This document shows, in pieces, positions 1-9,775 of a stretch of DNA of 64,000 bases. Made by a program: the position numbers and the translations under genes. Below the pieces are notes generated by a model. That model saw only the letters and a program-made list of their open reading frames with translations. It had not been told where the DNA came from and ran no database searches. Within the stretch, counting starts at the first letter, position 1. The number at the start of each line of letters is the position of its first letter. This stretch comes from Phycisphaerae bacterium (GTDB taxonomy: Bacteria > Planctomycetota > Phycisphaerae > SM23-33), in the NCBI GenBank assembly GCA_041946855.1, contig JBHGBE010000001.1, positions 69,346-133,345 on the forward strand, read 5' to 3'.

Positions 1-119
1 AAGGCAGGATTGCCGCGTCAGGCCCGGCCGGCGAAATCCTCGGCGACGTGGGATTGCTGGCCGGCCACGGCCTCGCATGAGCCATGACCGGCCGTGGCGC
101 GCATCGCGGGGCCGCTCGC

Positions 120-1208
120 TCAGCTTACCTCGACCAGCTTGTACTCAGGCTGCCCCAGCCCGACCTTGCGGCACTCGTCGATCTGGATGTACGGGTCCTT
201 GCCGTGAATCTGCTGGAACAGGTGTCCCTTGCCGCTGCGGTTGAGCGGCGACGGCAGTGAGCCTTCGATGTAGTTCTCGGCCTTGATGAGGTCCAGCGCG
301 GCCGTCTCGGTCGCCACGATGTCGTCGCCGGCCACGATGCCGATGTCGGGCACGAGGCTGGCCGTCGTGAACCCCCAGCAGTCGCAGAACGGCGTGATCT
401 GTAGCAGCGCCGTGATGAACAGCACCCGCCCCTTCTCGAAGCCCTTGAGCACCTCGCGCGTCGCCAGGGCCATGCCGTGCTGGAACCAGCGGTAACCGGA
501 CTGGTCGATGGTGATCGCGTGCCTCGGGCAGGAAAGCTGGCAGTGCATGCAGTACTTGCAGGCGTGGTCGGAGATGATGATCTTGCCGTCCTTGAACTCG
601 ATGGCCTCGTTGGGGCAGTTGTCCTTGCACATGAGGCAGCCGGTGCATTTGGACTTGTCCCACTCGAACGCGGCCGACATGAGGCGGTGGATCTTGCTCC
701 GCGTGCCGCCGTCGACGCAGCCCATCGCCAGGTTCTTGATCGCCCCGCCGAATCCGCTGTGGCCGTGGCCCTTGCCGTGCGAGAGGACGATCATCGCGCC
801 GGAATCGACGACCTCGCCGGCGACCTCCACCGTCTTCATCGTGCGGAAGTTGACCCGCCGCGACTGGACGTACTTGTCGCTGGCCCCCGCCACCGGCAGG
901 AGCTGGCAGCCGAGCGTCTCGGCCGTATAGCCGCGGTCCTTGGCGGAGGCGACCGCCCAGGGCGAGTCGGTGATGAACGGCCGGCCGCCGGCGTCCTTGA
1001 CCGCCTTGACCACCCGCGCCACCAGCAGCGGGTGGATCGTCGAGAACCCAAGCCCGCCGCCAAGATGCATCTTGATGGCGACGCGCTTGTCCTTGAACCG
1101 CTTCTTGAAGTCCCACTTGCCGAGCATCCGGTCGAGCATGGCCGGCAGCGTGGCGTCGGCCTTCAGGGCCTTGGGGCGGGCGGAAACGAACGTCACTCTC
1201 GCAGGCAT
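120..1208 (-). CDS. DUF362-family iron-sulfur protein with 2x[4Fe-4S] ferredoxin domain
   Basis: 362 aa; VAIKMHLG, HGKGH..GFGGAIKNLAMGC; CTGCLMCKDNCP and CKYCMHCQLSCP dicluster motifs. Confidence 0.85.
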   Translation of the reverse strand: MPARVTFVSARPKALKADATLPAMLDRMLGKWDFKKRFKDKRVAIKMHLGGGLGFSTIHPLLVARVVKAVKDAGGRPFITDSPWAVASAKDRGYTAETLGCQLLPVAGASDKYVQSRRVNFRTMKTVEVAGEVVDSGAMIVLSHGKGHGHSGFGGAIKNLAMGCVDGGTRSKIHRLMSAAFEWDKSKCTGCLMCKDNCPNEAIEFKDGKIIISDHACKYCMHCQLSCPRHAITIDQSGYRWFQHGMALATREVLKGFEKGRVLFITALLQITPFCDCWGFTTASLVPDIGIVAGDDIVATETAALDLIKAENYIEGSLPSPLNRSGKGHLFQQIHGKDPYIQIDECRKVGLGQPEYKLVEVS

Positions 1209-1314
1209 CGTGTTCCTTTCAGAAAGACATCAACGCAGAGCACGCAGAGATTGCAGATTGTAGTCTGAGGGTCGCGGATTGGAAGGACCAGCCTTGCTCC
1301 GGCCGCCAGTTCAG

Positions 1315-2016
1315 CTACGGGTTGTTGAACCAGGGCATTTTTCCCCAGTTCTCATTGCCGGCCAGGCCGTAGTAGTCCGGCACCTGCGGGGGCCGCCGGG
1401 CCTCCACGTGCTGGTCGAAGAAGCCGATGTTGCCCCGGCCCAGATGCCGGAAGACGGCGTTGGTCTGGGTGCTGGCCCGCCAGTACCAGGAGTAGTTCCC
1501 CGGCGGCGTCTCGCCATCCAGGAACATCGACTGCGGCGCCTTCACTTCCGTCATGCGGCAGAAGACGTAGCTGGACCCGAGCACGGCGATGAAAGAACCA
1601 GGAGTGCCCATTGTCATCGGATAGTTCATCGCGTAGCAGCCCCGGCTGTTGGCGTTGCCCGGCGGCGGCACCGTGGGACAGATGAACGCATTCTTGTTTA
1701 TGTACTGTCTGGGCGGGCGCCAGCCGTAGGTGTTCGGGCCGTAGTCTGCCAGGCAGTGGTTCCACGTGTCCCAGTAGTGCAGCCCGTCGTTGGGGTAGCA
1801 CTCGGTGGGCATCCAGCCGTTCCAGTCCTCGGCGTAGAGCGTCAGGGCTGCGTGGATGTTCCTCAGGTTCGTCATGCACACGGTCGAGCGCGACATCTCC
1901 CGCGCAGTCTGGAGCGACGGCACGAGAATCGACAGCAGAAGCGCGATGATGGCTATCACCACGAGCAGTTCAATCAGGGTGAAGCCGCGAATTCTCGGAT
2001 CGCCGGCAAATCGCAT
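1315..2016 (-). CDS. Prepilin-type N-terminal cleavage/methylation protein (DUF1559-like, planctomycete type)
   Basis: [26 protein letters not shown]-terminus; C-terminal [17 protein letters not shown] (H-X9-DG-like motif, G replaced by Q). Confidence 0.85.
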   Translation of the reverse strand: MRFAGDPRIRGFTLIELLVVIAIIALLLSILVPSLQTAREMSRSTVCMTNLRNIHAALTLYAEDWNGWMPTECYPNDGLHYWDTWNHCLADYGPNTYGWRPPRQYINKNAFICPTVPPPGNANSRGCYAMNYPMTMGTPGSFIAVLGSSYVFCRMTEVKAPQSMFLDGETPPGNYSWYWRASTQTNAVFRHLGRGNIGFFDQHVEARRPPQVPDYYGLAGNENWGKMPWFNNP

Positions 2017-2182
2017 GTTCGACTTGGCCTCTCCATTCGGTTCGTCAGACTATCGGTTCCTCCTTGTATTGTACACCGAAAATCCGCCGCCTGACAGCGC
2101 AATCCGGCGCCCGCCGCACAAGTCTGTCGATTTTTCCTGGCAGGCGTGATATCCTCCCCTATGCACCATGAGGAGACAATGA

Positions 2183-3187
2183 ATGAAGGAAATCCGTCTG
2201 GCGATCATCGGCTGCGGCGGTTTCTGCCGCTACCACGTCAAGACCATCGTCGAGAAACTGCCGCAGATCGAGGTCGTCGGCCTGTGCGACATCGCCCGCG
2301 ACCACGCCGAGAAGATGCGCGAGGAGTACTTCGCGAAGTCCGATCCGCCGATCTTCCTCGACTATCGCGACATGCTCAACGATGTCAAGCCCCAGGCCGT
2401 CCATGTCTCCACGCCGCACACGCTGCACTTCCGGCACGCCTACGACTCCCTGTCGGCCGGGGCGCACGTGATGGTCGACAAGCCCATGGTCACCGACTCC
2501 CGCCAGGCCCGCCAGCTCGTCCGCAAGGCGCAGGCGAAGAAGAAGTTGCTGTCGGTGGCCGTGCAGGGGATTCACACCGACACGTTCGCCTACGCCCGCA
2601 AGCTCATCGAGGATGGCACGATGGGGCCGCTCCAGCTCGTGACGGCCTACTTCGGCCAGAACTGGATGAAGGGCACCGTCGGCCTCTGGCGGCAGGACCC
2701 CAAGCTCTCCGGCGGCGGGCAGCTCTACGATAGCTGCTACCACGTCAACTCCACGATGATGTACCTGGTCAATTCGCAGGTGAAGGAGGTCTTCTGCTGG
2801 GCCGACTACAAGGGCTGCAAGGTTGACATAAACGCCGTAGTCGTCATCAAGTTCGCCAACGGCTGCATGGCCACGGTCACCAGCGGCGGCAACACGGCCG
2901 GGTGGAAGAGCCACCTGCACATCCAAGGCGAGAACGCCATGATGGAGATCAGCCCCCACGGCGGCGATTTCAAGGTGTACGCCCAGAAGTGGAAGGAGCC
3001 GATCACGGCGCCGCCGCCGGCCTTCGTCAAGAAGAACCCGAAGGTCTCGCCGATCGAGAACTTCGCCCAGGCCATCGCGGGCAAGGCCAAGCTTCGTTGT
3101 ACCGGCCACGTCGGCATACTCGTGGCCGACCTGATGGACGCCATCTACGCATCAGTCAGGAGCGGAAAGCCGGTGAAGGTAAGGTGA
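2183..3187 (+). CDS. Gfo/Idh/MocA family oxidoreductase
   Basis: IAIIGCGG Rossmann motif, STPHTLH, HVMVDKPM, GGGQLYDSCYH. Confidence 0.9.
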   Translation: MKEIRLAIIGCGGFCRYHVKTIVEKLPQIEVVGLCDIARDHAEKMREEYFAKSDPPIFLDYRDMLNDVKPQAVHVSTPHTLHFRHAYDSLSAGAHVMVDKPMVTDSRQARQLVRKAQAKKKLLSVAVQGIHTDTFAYARKLIEDGTMGPLQLVTAYFGQNWMKGTVGLWRQDPKLSGGGQLYDSCYHVNSTMMYLVNSQVKEVFCWADYKGCKVDINAVVVIKFANGCMATVTSGGNTAGWKSHLHIQGENAMMEISPHGGDFKVYAQKWKEPITAPPPAFVKKNPKVSPIENFAQAIAGKAKLRCTGHVGILVADLMDAIYASVRSGKPVKVR

Positions 3188-3225
3188 GACTGACGATTGG
3201 CGATTTGGGATTGACGGTGGAAGAA

Positions 3226-3293
3226 ACAGCGCCTCACGGCAAGCCAGATTGAACGCCGGCCGATCAGAGTGAGGGCTTGCCGTGAGGCGCTGT
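3226..3293. repeat. 20-bp perfect inverted repeat (REP-like or bidirectional terminator)
   Basis: ACAGCGCCTCACGGCAAGCC (3226-3245) and GGCTTGCCGTGAGGCGCTGT (3274-3293) between convergent genes. Confidence 0.8.
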
Positions 3294-3302
3294 TGTTTAC
3301 GC

Positions 3303-4013
3303 CTATGTCCGCCCAACGTGAAGGGCACGGCGTAGGATCCGGACCGCCTCGTCCTCGGTGACGTCCCGCCAGTTACGGTAGGCATCGGCCACGGCGAAAC
3401 AGTCTGCCGAGCGTATGTTGGCGCACCAGATCAAATCGACGAGGCCGGCCAGACGCGCCAAGGCGTCTAGGTGGGCAGTCGGAACAGCCACGGACAGGGC
3501 CGCCGGGCTAAGCCTCTTCACGGCCGTCGCGGCTACCATCACGGTGAAGCCCGATGCCAGCCCATCATCCACCAGCACGGCCTCGCGGCCCGCAAGGTCC
3601 GGCCAAGGACGTTCGCCGCGGAAGAGCCGAACGCGCCGGCGGACCTTGGCAAGCGTTGCCTCGATGCCCTGGCGGACTTCATCTTCCGACAGGCCCAGCG
3701 CGGCGACCAGGGAGTCGTTGAGCCGCACGCTGCCGTCGAACGCGACAGCACCGTAACCGACCTCACTGTTGCCCGGCGGGGTGATCTTGCTGACAGGCGC
3801 AACATCCAGCGGCGCGCCCAGCGCCATCGCCATCGCGGCGGTCACAGGCACTCCTCCGGCCGGCACCGCCAGGATGATCCGCTCGCGCTCCCCCGGGGCG
3901 GCCGTCAGCATCCGCGCGAGCACTTCGCCCGCCTCCGCACGGTCCTTGAAGATGTGAGTCTTCCCCCGCATCGCGGGCAAGTCGGTGACGTTGCCAGGAA
4001 TATCGCCTCTCAT
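3303..4013 (-). CDS. Phosphoribosyltransferase family protein
   Basis: FKDRAEAGEVLA, LAVPAGGVPV, PRPP loop VLVDDGLASGFT, AVPTA; start chosen at 4013 is uncertain. Confidence 0.85.
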   Translation of the reverse strand: MRGDIPGNVTDLPAMRGKTHIFKDRAEAGEVLARMLTAAPGERERIILAVPAGGVPVTAAMAMALGAPLDVAPVSKITPPGNSEVGYGAVAFDGSVRLNDSLVAALGLSEDEVRQGIEATLAKVRRRVRLFRGERPWPDLAGREAVLVDDGLASGFTVMVAATAVKRLSPAALSVAVPTAHLDALARLAGLVDLIWCANIRSADCFAVADAYRNWRDVTEDEAVRILRRALHVGRT

Positions 4014-4134
4014 GCGGCCCTCGCTCAATTCTACAAGTGGGCCGCCCGTGAAGTCGGGACGCCGACTGGCCGATGAAACGGGTATGACGCAAGCTTACGT
4101 CGCCCGGTCTAGCGAGTTACACGTGCTGGCAGCC

Positions 4135-5940
4135 ATGTCCTCGCGCGCTCGCACGGCCGTGGGCGTATTGGCGCTGGCGGGACTGGCGGTCCTTGTATAC
4201 CTGCCAGTCTTTAACGCGGGCTTCATCTGGGACGACGGCGTCTACGTCAAGGACCTCGCCGCCCTCAAGAGCCCCGGCGGGCTGGGGCGGATTTGGACCG
4301 ACTTCGCCGCAACGCCTCAATACTACCCGGTCGTCTTCACCAGCTTCTGGATCGAGTATCGCCTGTGGGGGCTGAACCCGGCCGGCTATCACACGGTGAA
4401 CATACTGCTGCACGCCGCTTGCGCCGCGCTGCTGTGGATTCTCCTGCGGCGGCTGGGCGTGCGCGGAGCGTGGCTCATCGCGGCCGTGTTTGCCTGCCAT
4501 CCTCTGAACGTGGAATCGGTCGCCTGGATCACGGAGCGAAAGAACGTCTTGTCGATGCTGTTCGCGCTCCTCGCAGCGATGGCGTATTTGCGGAAAATAG
4601 GGACGCACCCCATTTTCTCACGGTCTTGGGCTGGGCGGGCCGGCGTGGTCATGGAGAAAATGGGGTGCGTCCCTATTTTCCTGTTCGCATTGGCCTTGCT
4701 GAGCAAGACGGCCGTTTGCGGGTTGCCTCTGGCGTTGCTTGCGATTGTGTGGTGGAAGCGCGGGCGGCTCGGGTGGCGCGACCTGGCGGCCGTGACGCCC
4801 ATGCTTCTGCTGGCGGCGTGCGGCGCGGTCCTCACGGCGTGGATTGAGTCGAGCTTCTACGGCGACGCCCGGCCGCCAGTCGGGGCGGCCCTTGGGCTGG
4901 CCGATCGCGTAATCGTCGCCGGACGTGCCCTGTGGTTCTACGTTGGCAAGGTGCTCTGCCCCGCCCCTCTGACGGCCGTATACACCAGGTGGGAAGTAAG
5001 CGCCGGAACGTGGTGGCAGTGGCTGTTCCCTCTGTCGGCGATGGCTACCGTCGCGGGCCTGGCGATTGCGCGGAGGCGCATCGGCCGAGGTCCGCTGGCG
5101 GCGGCCATGGTATTCATTGTCATGCTCGCTCCCGCGCTGGGCTTCTTTCAGATCGCCTATCACACGATCTACAGCTACGTGGCGGACCACTTCGCCTACT
5201 TCGCCGTGCCGGCGGCCGTCGCCCTGGCCGTCGAAGCAGGCGCGAAGCTGCTCGACCGCGCCGGTCCGCGTTCCAGGCCCATCGGCATCGTGGCGTCGAC
5301 GGCCGTCCTCATCGCCCTGTCCGCGCTGGCCTGGCGGCACGCGAACGTCTTCAAGGACAACCTGACGCTCTGGCAGGATGCGGCCGCTAAGAACCCCACG
5401 TGCATGATCGCCCACGACCAGCTCGGAATGAGGTGGGTGCAGGCCGGCCAGATGAGCAAGGCCGTCGAGGAGTTCAGCAAGGTGGTCGAGCTGGCCCCGC
5501 GTTTCGCCGAGGGATACGCCAATCGCGGCGGGGTGTACCTCCAGTGCGGCCGGTTCCAGCAGGCCCTGGCCGACTTCGATGCGGCCGTCGCGCTCGACGG
5601 GCAGTTCGCCTCGGCGTGGTGCAGCCGGGGCAGCGCCAACTGCGGGCTCGGCCGTCACGAACAGGCCGACGCGGACTTCACAAAGGCGATCGAGCTTGAC
5701 CCGACAATGGCGGCCGCGTGGAGCAACCGGGCGATCTGCCGGTTCCATCAGCGGCGGTACGCCGAAGCGATGGCGGATGTGCGGAAGTTCCAGCAGCTAG
5801 GCGGCCAGGCGCCGCCCGAGTTCATCCAGGCCCTCGACGGCGCCATTCGGAGCCGCGTCAATCCTCCGGCGTCGGAAAAGCCGGGATGTCCTGCATCGGC
5901 GGAGGCTCCTGCGGCGCCGCGACAAGCGGCTGGGTCGTGA
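4135..5940 (+). CDS. TMTC-like GT-C membrane glycosyltransferase with C-terminal TPR repeats
   Basis: FIWDD, NPAGYHTVNILLH, HPLNVESVAWITERKNVLS, multiple TM helices, TPR repeats; start at 4135 inferred. Confidence 0.8.
   Translation: MSSRARTAVGVLALAGLAVLVYLPVFNAGFIWDDGVYVKDLAALKSPGGLGRIWTDFAATPQYYPVVFTSFWIEYRLWGLNPAGYHTVNILLHAACAALLWILLRRLGVRGAWLIAAVFACHPLNVESVAWITERKNVLSMLFALLAAMAYLRKIGTHPIFSRSWAGRAGVVMEKMGCVPIFLFALALLSKTAVCGLPLALLAIVWWKRGRLGWRDLAAVTPMLLLAACGAVLTAWIESSFYGDARPPVGAALGLADRVIVAGRALWFYVGKVLCPAPLTAVYTRWEVSAGTWWQWLFPLSAMATVAGLAIARRRIGRGPLAAAMVFIVMLAPALGFFQIAYHTIYSYVADHFAYFAVPAAVALAVEAGAKLLDRAGPRSRPIGIVASTAVLIALSALAWRHANVFKDNLTLWQDAAAKNPTCMIAHDQLGMRWVQAGQMSKAVEEFSKVVELAPRFAEGYANRGGVYLQCGRFQQALADFDAAVALDGQFASAWCSRGSANCGLGRHEQADADFTKAIELDPTMAAAWSNRAICRFHQRRYAEAMADVRKFQQLGGQAPPEFIQALDGAIRSRVNPPASEKPGCPASAEAPAAPRQAAGS
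4592..4681. repeat. In-frame palindromic element, 28-bp perfect arms, 90 bp total
   Basis: GGAAAATAGGGACGCACCCCATTTTCTC (4592-4619) and its exact reverse complement (4654-4681). Confidence 0.9.
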
Positions 5941-7171
5941 CGGCCGGCAGCGTGCTGGTCAGCTTGCCATTGGGCAGGCGGAAGTACTTGCTGATGATCT
6001 CCATCGCGGGCTTGTCCTTGGGGCAGTAGCCGCTGTCTTCGTCGGGGCCTGTCCGCTGGCCCTCGTAGTTGCGCCATTCCCACACGAGGTAGCCCGCGAC
6101 GGCCGGCTCCCCGGCCCAGGTCTTGAAGAACGCCTCGAAGCACCGCTTCTGGAGCTGGGGGTCCTTCTTGTCCATCGAGCGGTAGTAGTCCCACGGGAAC
6201 TGCGCGGCCGTCACCTGGTTGGGCCAGGCGGCCTCGGTGAACAAGATCGGCCTGCCGACCGTCGCCTGCCAGGCCAGCACGTCCTTCTTGATGCCCGCCC
6301 ACGTCTCCATCAGCACGTCGAGCGTCGGCTCCTTCGACCCGCACAGGTCGTGGTAGGTCGTCATGCCGACGATGTCTAGCTTGTCCCAGAACCTGGGCCC
6401 CCCCTGGTCGGCCTTGAAGTGGTCCCAGTTGGCCGAGTAGCTCAGGTAGCCGCTGAAGTGCTCGCGGACCTGCTTGATGAGCCTGTCCCACCTGTCGTCC
6501 TGCTGCTCCAGGCTGATAAGCTCGCTGCCGACCATGAAGATCTCGACCTTGGCCTCCTGGGCGATGTCGGCGCAGTGGAGGATGTAGTCGCCGTAGCTCT
6601 TCCACCAGTCATCCCAGGTGTTGCGGTCCTTGGTGGGGTCGATCTTGCCGCGCCACTCGCCCTCGCGGGGGCTGTCCAGCAGGACGATGGGCATGAGTAT
6701 CACGCGCATCCCCTGCTCGTGGGCGAGGCCGACAAGCTCCTTGAGCCGCTTCTTGGAGGGGGCCTTGCGGGCGTCGAAGAAGATGCTCGACGATCCGCAG
6801 TTCTGCTGGAACGCCGCCACGCTCATGCAGACCGTGTTGGCCCCGGTGGCGGCTATCTCCTTGATGTACTTGTCGTAGGGGTTGCTATCGTCCCCGTTGA
6901 ACTGAATGCTGATGCCGCGTATCTGGGCGAAGTCCGTCGGCTTGAACACGTTTGGGGGCGGATCGGCCGGCTTGCCCGGCTTGGTCGTCGTCGGCGGCAC
7001 GGCCCCGACGTGCCGGATGACTTGGAGGGCGACTATCCCCGCAAGCGCCAGCGCGATGGCCGTCAGCACGAGGGCCTTGTCGCGGCCCGACAGCAGGCTG
7101 TCACCGGCCCCGGTCGTCTGGGCCGCGGTTCGCTGGTTCGCATTATCCTTGGCGGTCGCTGAATGTCCCAT
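5858..7171 (-). CDS. Membrane-anchored glycoside hydrolase, GH113-like TIM barrel
   Basis: N-terminal TM segment; WRGKIDP, VGSEL, YSANWD, ILFTEAAWP motifs. Confidence 0.75.
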   Translation of the reverse strand: MGHSATAKDNANQRTAAQTTGAGDSLLSGRDKALVLTAIALALAGIVALQVIRHVGAVPPTTTKPGKPADPPPNVFKPTDFAQIRGISIQFNGDDSNPYDKYIKEIAATGANTVCMSVAAFQQNCGSSSIFFDARKAPSKKRLKELVGLAHEQGMRVILMPIVLLDSPREGEWRGKIDPTKDRNTWDDWWKSYGDYILHCADIAQEAKVEIFMVGSELISLEQQDDRWDRLIKQVREHFSGYLSYSANWDHFKADQGGPRFWDKLDIVGMTTYHDLCGSKEPTLDVLMETWAGIKKDVLAWQATVGRPILFTEAAWPNQVTAAQFPWDYYRSMDKKDPQLQKRCFEAFFKTWAGEPAVAGYLVWEWRNYEGQRTGPDEDSGYCPKDKPAMEIISKYFRLPNGKLTSTLPAVTTQPLVAAPQEPPPMQDIPAFPTPED

Positions 7172-7222
7172 CTAGGTTTCCCGAAAAATCTATTCCGGCG
7201 GCCATATCCCGCAACCTGCGGG

Positions 7223-7250
7223 TTGACCCCGGGCCGGCTGGCGATATAAT
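7223..7250 (+). promoter_or_regulatory. Sigma70-type promoter
   Basis: TTGACC-16 bp-TATAAT upstream of the 7302 ORF. Confidence 0.6.
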
Positions 7251-7301
7251 AGCAGCCCGGCCATATCCGATCTTAACCAATTTCATAGGTGGAGTGAAAC
7301 A

Positions 7302-7676
7302 ATGTCCGAGGACATTCTCAGCAGCCCGGATGAGGAGCCCATCTCCCTGGTAGGCGAGCCCGAGGTCGCCGAGGGCCCGGCGCCGGCCGGCGGCGTCGGC
7401 ATCAAGCCCAAGGCCGTCCGCACGTTCGGCACCGGCGCGGCCAAGCTCGACCAGAAGCTGGAGCACAAGCGCCAGGTCAACGTCACCGGCGCCGGCGCGA
7501 CGCGATGCCGCGTGTTCTACTCGAAGATCGCCGTGGCGCCGCTCCAGCACCTGGAGCACCAGATCAACGAGTGGCTCGATGCGACCAACTTCGAGGTCAA
7601 GCACATCGCACAGACCATCGGCGTGATGGAAGGCAAGACGCCTGAGCCGAACCTGATCGTCACAGTCTGGTATTGA
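7302..7676 (+). CDS. Hypothetical protein (124 aa)
   Basis: GGAG RBS, upstream promoter, host-like codon usage; C-terminal LEHQINEWLD..EVKH..TIG..EP.LIVTVWY domain. Confidence 0.75.
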   Translation: MSEDILSSPDEEPISLVGEPEVAEGPAPAGGVGIKPKAVRTFGTGAAKLDQKLEHKRQVNVTGAGATRCRVFYSKIAVAPLQHLEHQINEWLDATNFEVKHIAQTIGVMEGKTPEPNLIVTVWY

Positions 7677-7783
7677 CAACTGCGTGTGGTGTGGTCCTCT
7701 GCTGGCCTTCCACGCTTCCAGCACTTCCCATGATTCGCATGGTAAGTATGAGAAGTATGATCCGCGACTCGCAATTCGCGATT

Positions 7784-9376
7784 CTACTCTGCCTCCCCGG
7801 CCACCTTCGGCTCGGCGGGGATGGCCAGCGTGAACGTCGCCCCGTGGCCCACCTCGCTCTTGACCGTCAGCCGCGCCCCGATCAGCGCGGTGAGCTCCTT
7901 TGAGATCGACAGCCCAAGCCCCGCGCCGGATGACTCGCGCGTCAGCCCCTGGTCCAGGCGGTGGAATTTCTCGAAGATGTGCTGCTGGTCGGCCTCGGCG
8001 ATGCCAGGCCCCGTGTCGGCCACCGCCACCGAAACCTCGTCGATCCGGCGCCCGTCGCGCTGGATGGCCTCCCGCGAAGTCCTCACCCATACCCTGCCGC
8101 CCGGCGGGGTGAACTTGATCGCGTTGGACAGCAGGTTGTAGAGGATCTGCTGGACCTTCCCGCCGTCGGTGATGATGATCGGCACGTCGCCCGCCAGCTC
8201 GGCCGTGAGCGACTGCTTCTTTTTGTCCGCCAGCGGCGTCATCAGCGCCACCAGTGTCTGGACCGTGTCGGTCACGTTGACCTTGTCGAACCGCACCTCC
8301 GCCTTGCCGGCCTCGATCCGCGCCAGGTCGAGGATGTCGTTTATCATGTTCAGCAGGCTCTTGGCCGATGACGCGATGTTCTGTCCGTAGCGGCTGATCT
8401 TCTCGTCGGGGTTCTCGGCAACCAGGTCCGCGAAGCCCAGGATGCTGTTGAGCGGCGTCCGCAGTTCGTGCGAGACGTTGGCCAGGAACTCCGACTTCAC
8501 CTGGTTGGCCTTGAAGAGCGTGACGTTGGCCTCGGCCAGCTCGCTTAGCTTCAGGTCCAGCGCGCGGTTGGCCGAGCGGAGCTTCTCGTGCTGGTCGTTG
8601 ATAGCCGTCAGCATCTCGTTGAAGCTGTCGCCCAGGCGCTGGAGCTCGTCGCCTGTCTTGACCTGGCTGCGGACCGACATGTCGCCCTCGGCCACCTTGT
8701 CGGAAAGCTCCCTCAGCCGGCGGATCGGCCGCAGTATGAGCCGCTGCGTGATGAACGCGAACAGCACCAGCGCCAGTACGGACCCGAGCACCCCGCCGAT
8801 GATGAACGACGCCCGGGTCATCCACACCAGCGCCCCCGAGGCCGTCGAGCCGGGCATGGTCACCTCGACCATGCCGGCTAGCTGGCCCTCGGTGAATGGC
8901 CGGTGCGACGTGCTGTCGTGGCAGGCGAGGCACGAATTCTCCGCCCGTATGGCCCGGTACGACCGGTAGATCGGCTTGCCGGAGCCGTCCTCCGACTTGA
9001 TGTTCTTGACCTCCCTCTCCGCGTTGCGCTCGAACGAGGCCTTGGCCAGCTCATCGTCCCTGGTCAGGGCGCCGCCAATGGCGATGAAGGTGGGCCCTTC
9101 CGGCCCCTCGCCGCCCTTCTCGCCGGCGTTCAGGGCAGCTATCTGGCTTGTCGCCTCACGGCCGCGGATGACTCCCTGCTTGGAGTGCTCGCGGATGAAC
9201 TCGTTGCAGGCCAGGCGCGTCAGCGCTTCGGCCGGACGCAGCGACCCCTGGTCCGCAAGCTGCTCCATGAAGTACCACGGAACCAGCAGCGCGGCCGCGA
9301 TGATGCCCACCAGCGCCCAGCCGAACACCAGCCGCAGCTTGGTCGCCAGCGATATCTTGACGAACTTCCTGGCCAT
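7784..9376 (-). CDS. Sensor histidine kinase (2 TM, HAMP, HisKA, HATPase), no adjacent response regulator
   Basis: FLANVSHELRTPL H-box, NLLSNAIKFT N-box, DTGPGI, GAGLGLSI, GATF. Confidence 0.92.
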   Translation of the reverse strand: MARKFVKISLATKLRLVFGWALVGIIAAALLVPWYFMEQLADQGSLRPAEALTRLACNEFIREHSKQGVIRGREATSQIAALNAGEKGGEGPEGPTFIAIGGALTRDDELAKASFERNAEREVKNIKSEDGSGKPIYRSYRAIRAENSCLACHDSTSHRPFTEGQLAGMVEVTMPGSTASGALVWMTRASFIIGGVLGSVLALVLFAFITQRLILRPIRRLRELSDKVAEGDMSVRSQVKTGDELQRLGDSFNEMLTAINDQHEKLRSANRALDLKLSELAEANVTLFKANQVKSEFLANVSHELRTPLNSILGFADLVAENPDEKISRYGQNIASSAKSLLNMINDILDLARIEAGKAEVRFDKVNVTDTVQTLVALMTPLADKKKQSLTAELAGDVPIIITDGGKVQQILYNLLSNAIKFTPPGGRVWVRTSREAIQRDGRRIDEVSVAVADTGPGIAEADQQHIFEKFHRLDQGLTRESSGAGLGLSISKELTALIGARLTVKSEVGHGATFTLAIPAEPKVAGEAE

Positions 9377-9668
9377 TATGCCTACACTCTACGTCTTCAT
9401 CGGCCAACGAGCAAACAGGCCGTTAGGCACAACGCCGGGCGCGCCCGCCGGAATGGGTCGCGTGCCGCCAGGGCTGAAAGAAGGGAATGTGGAATTTCCG
9501 CTTCCGCCCGCCGCTAACCGCTTTAGGCGGCAAAGCTTACCCATCTTCACATTTTCCGATTCCGGCGACATTTCTTGCTAAAGTCGCCTCTTTGGGCCTT
9601 CGCGCCGGCGAGGGGCGCGATATCATGGAGCAATCAGAAGCGACGCGATTGCCCCAAGAGGTGATCAG

Positions 9669-9743
9669 ATGTCCCGCGAGAATTGGCATCGTAAGCTGAA
9701 GATGGTGTTCCTCATCGTGCTGAGCTTCGCGGCCATGTGCTGA
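9669..9743 (+). CDS. Putative 24-aa small membrane peptide MSRENWHRKLKMVFLIVLSFAAMC
   Basis: GAGGTGA Shine-Dalgarno 4 nt before ATG; basic N-terminus, hydrophobic C-terminus; intrinsic terminator follows. Confidence 0.55.
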   Translation: MSRENWHRKLKMVFLIVLSFAAMC

Positions 9744-9775
9744 CGGCCGGCTCACGAGTCTGGTGTTCGCTCAAT

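Noticed and set aside
64-98. GCCACGGCC/GGCCGTGGC hairpin
   Set aside because: Short GC-rich stem at the window edge without a U-tract; cannot be assigned
9480-9545. Possible c-di-GMP riboswitch (GGCGGCAAAGC)
   Set aside because: Lacks the GGCAAACC/GAAA P1-P2 arrangement
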